A stretch of DNA of 64,000 nucleotides from Owenia fusiformis (taxonomy: Eukaryota), in NCBI GenBank assembly GCA_903813345.2, contig CAIIXF020000001.1, positions 19,344,001 through 19,408,000 of the forward strand, read 5' to 3'. Made by a program: the position numbers and the translations under genes. This document shows, one piece after another, positions 63,645 to 64,000 of this stretch; positions within the stretch are counted from its first letter, which is position 1, and each line of letters starts with the position of its first letter. The notes below the pieces were generated by a model. The model saw nothing but the letters and a program-made list of their open reading frames with translations, searched no databases and had not been told where the DNA came from.

Positions 63645-64000
63645 CTGAAAACAAAATCGTAATCAAATATGAATTTCTACGAGTGTTCATCTCTCTGATT
63701 ATAATTGATAACAGACTAGATTTTTTTACAGATATTTTATGAATTGCCAAGAGTAATAAAATACATCTGGGCAAGAAAATCTCTATTCTGTTAATCATGA
63801 ACTTGTTTCGCATTCCAAACACCACTTTCCTCTTATGTACTATCTATTATCTAAATACTATACATAGTGACATCGATGTGATGTTTCAATGGACAAATAT
63901 TTCTCAAATCTTTCTTTAACAAGACGTCCCTTTTTGCAAAGGGAGGTTCGTTTTTCAAAAAATCCAGGGAGTTCACATTTGACAACATTGTCAAATAATC

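Overview
AT-rich, intron-containing eukaryotic DNA from an invertebrate animal. A lophotrochozoan (mollusc or annelid) is my inference from composition and repeat types. Five genes can be assembled from GT-AG boundaries and frame continuity. (1) The terminal exon of a TSP1-trypsin-TSP1 serine protease (+). (2) An uncharacterised, probably secreted multi-exon gene, here 'gene A' (-, 11519 to at least 1957), with weak methyltransferase-like and kinase-like motifs. (3) Complete HM13/signal peptide peptidase (+, 11 exons), head-to-head with gene A. (4) An unrecognised single-pass membrane protein with a C-terminal PDZ-type motif (+). (5) A 5'-partial FAM135 (-) with a candidate 27-nt microexon. 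Introns and intergenic DNA hold many non-autonomous DNA transposons (P-like, PIF/Harbinger-like, Tc1/mariner-like, Helentron/HINE-like, foldback) and minisatellites. The most unusual pattern is that several tandem arrays are made of an exon 3' end plus its 5' splice site, giving runs of decoy donors. One intron appears to have grown by successive waves of this. No CRISPR, rRNA or autonomous transposon was found. Coordinates were counted by eye, so repeat edges may be a few bases off.
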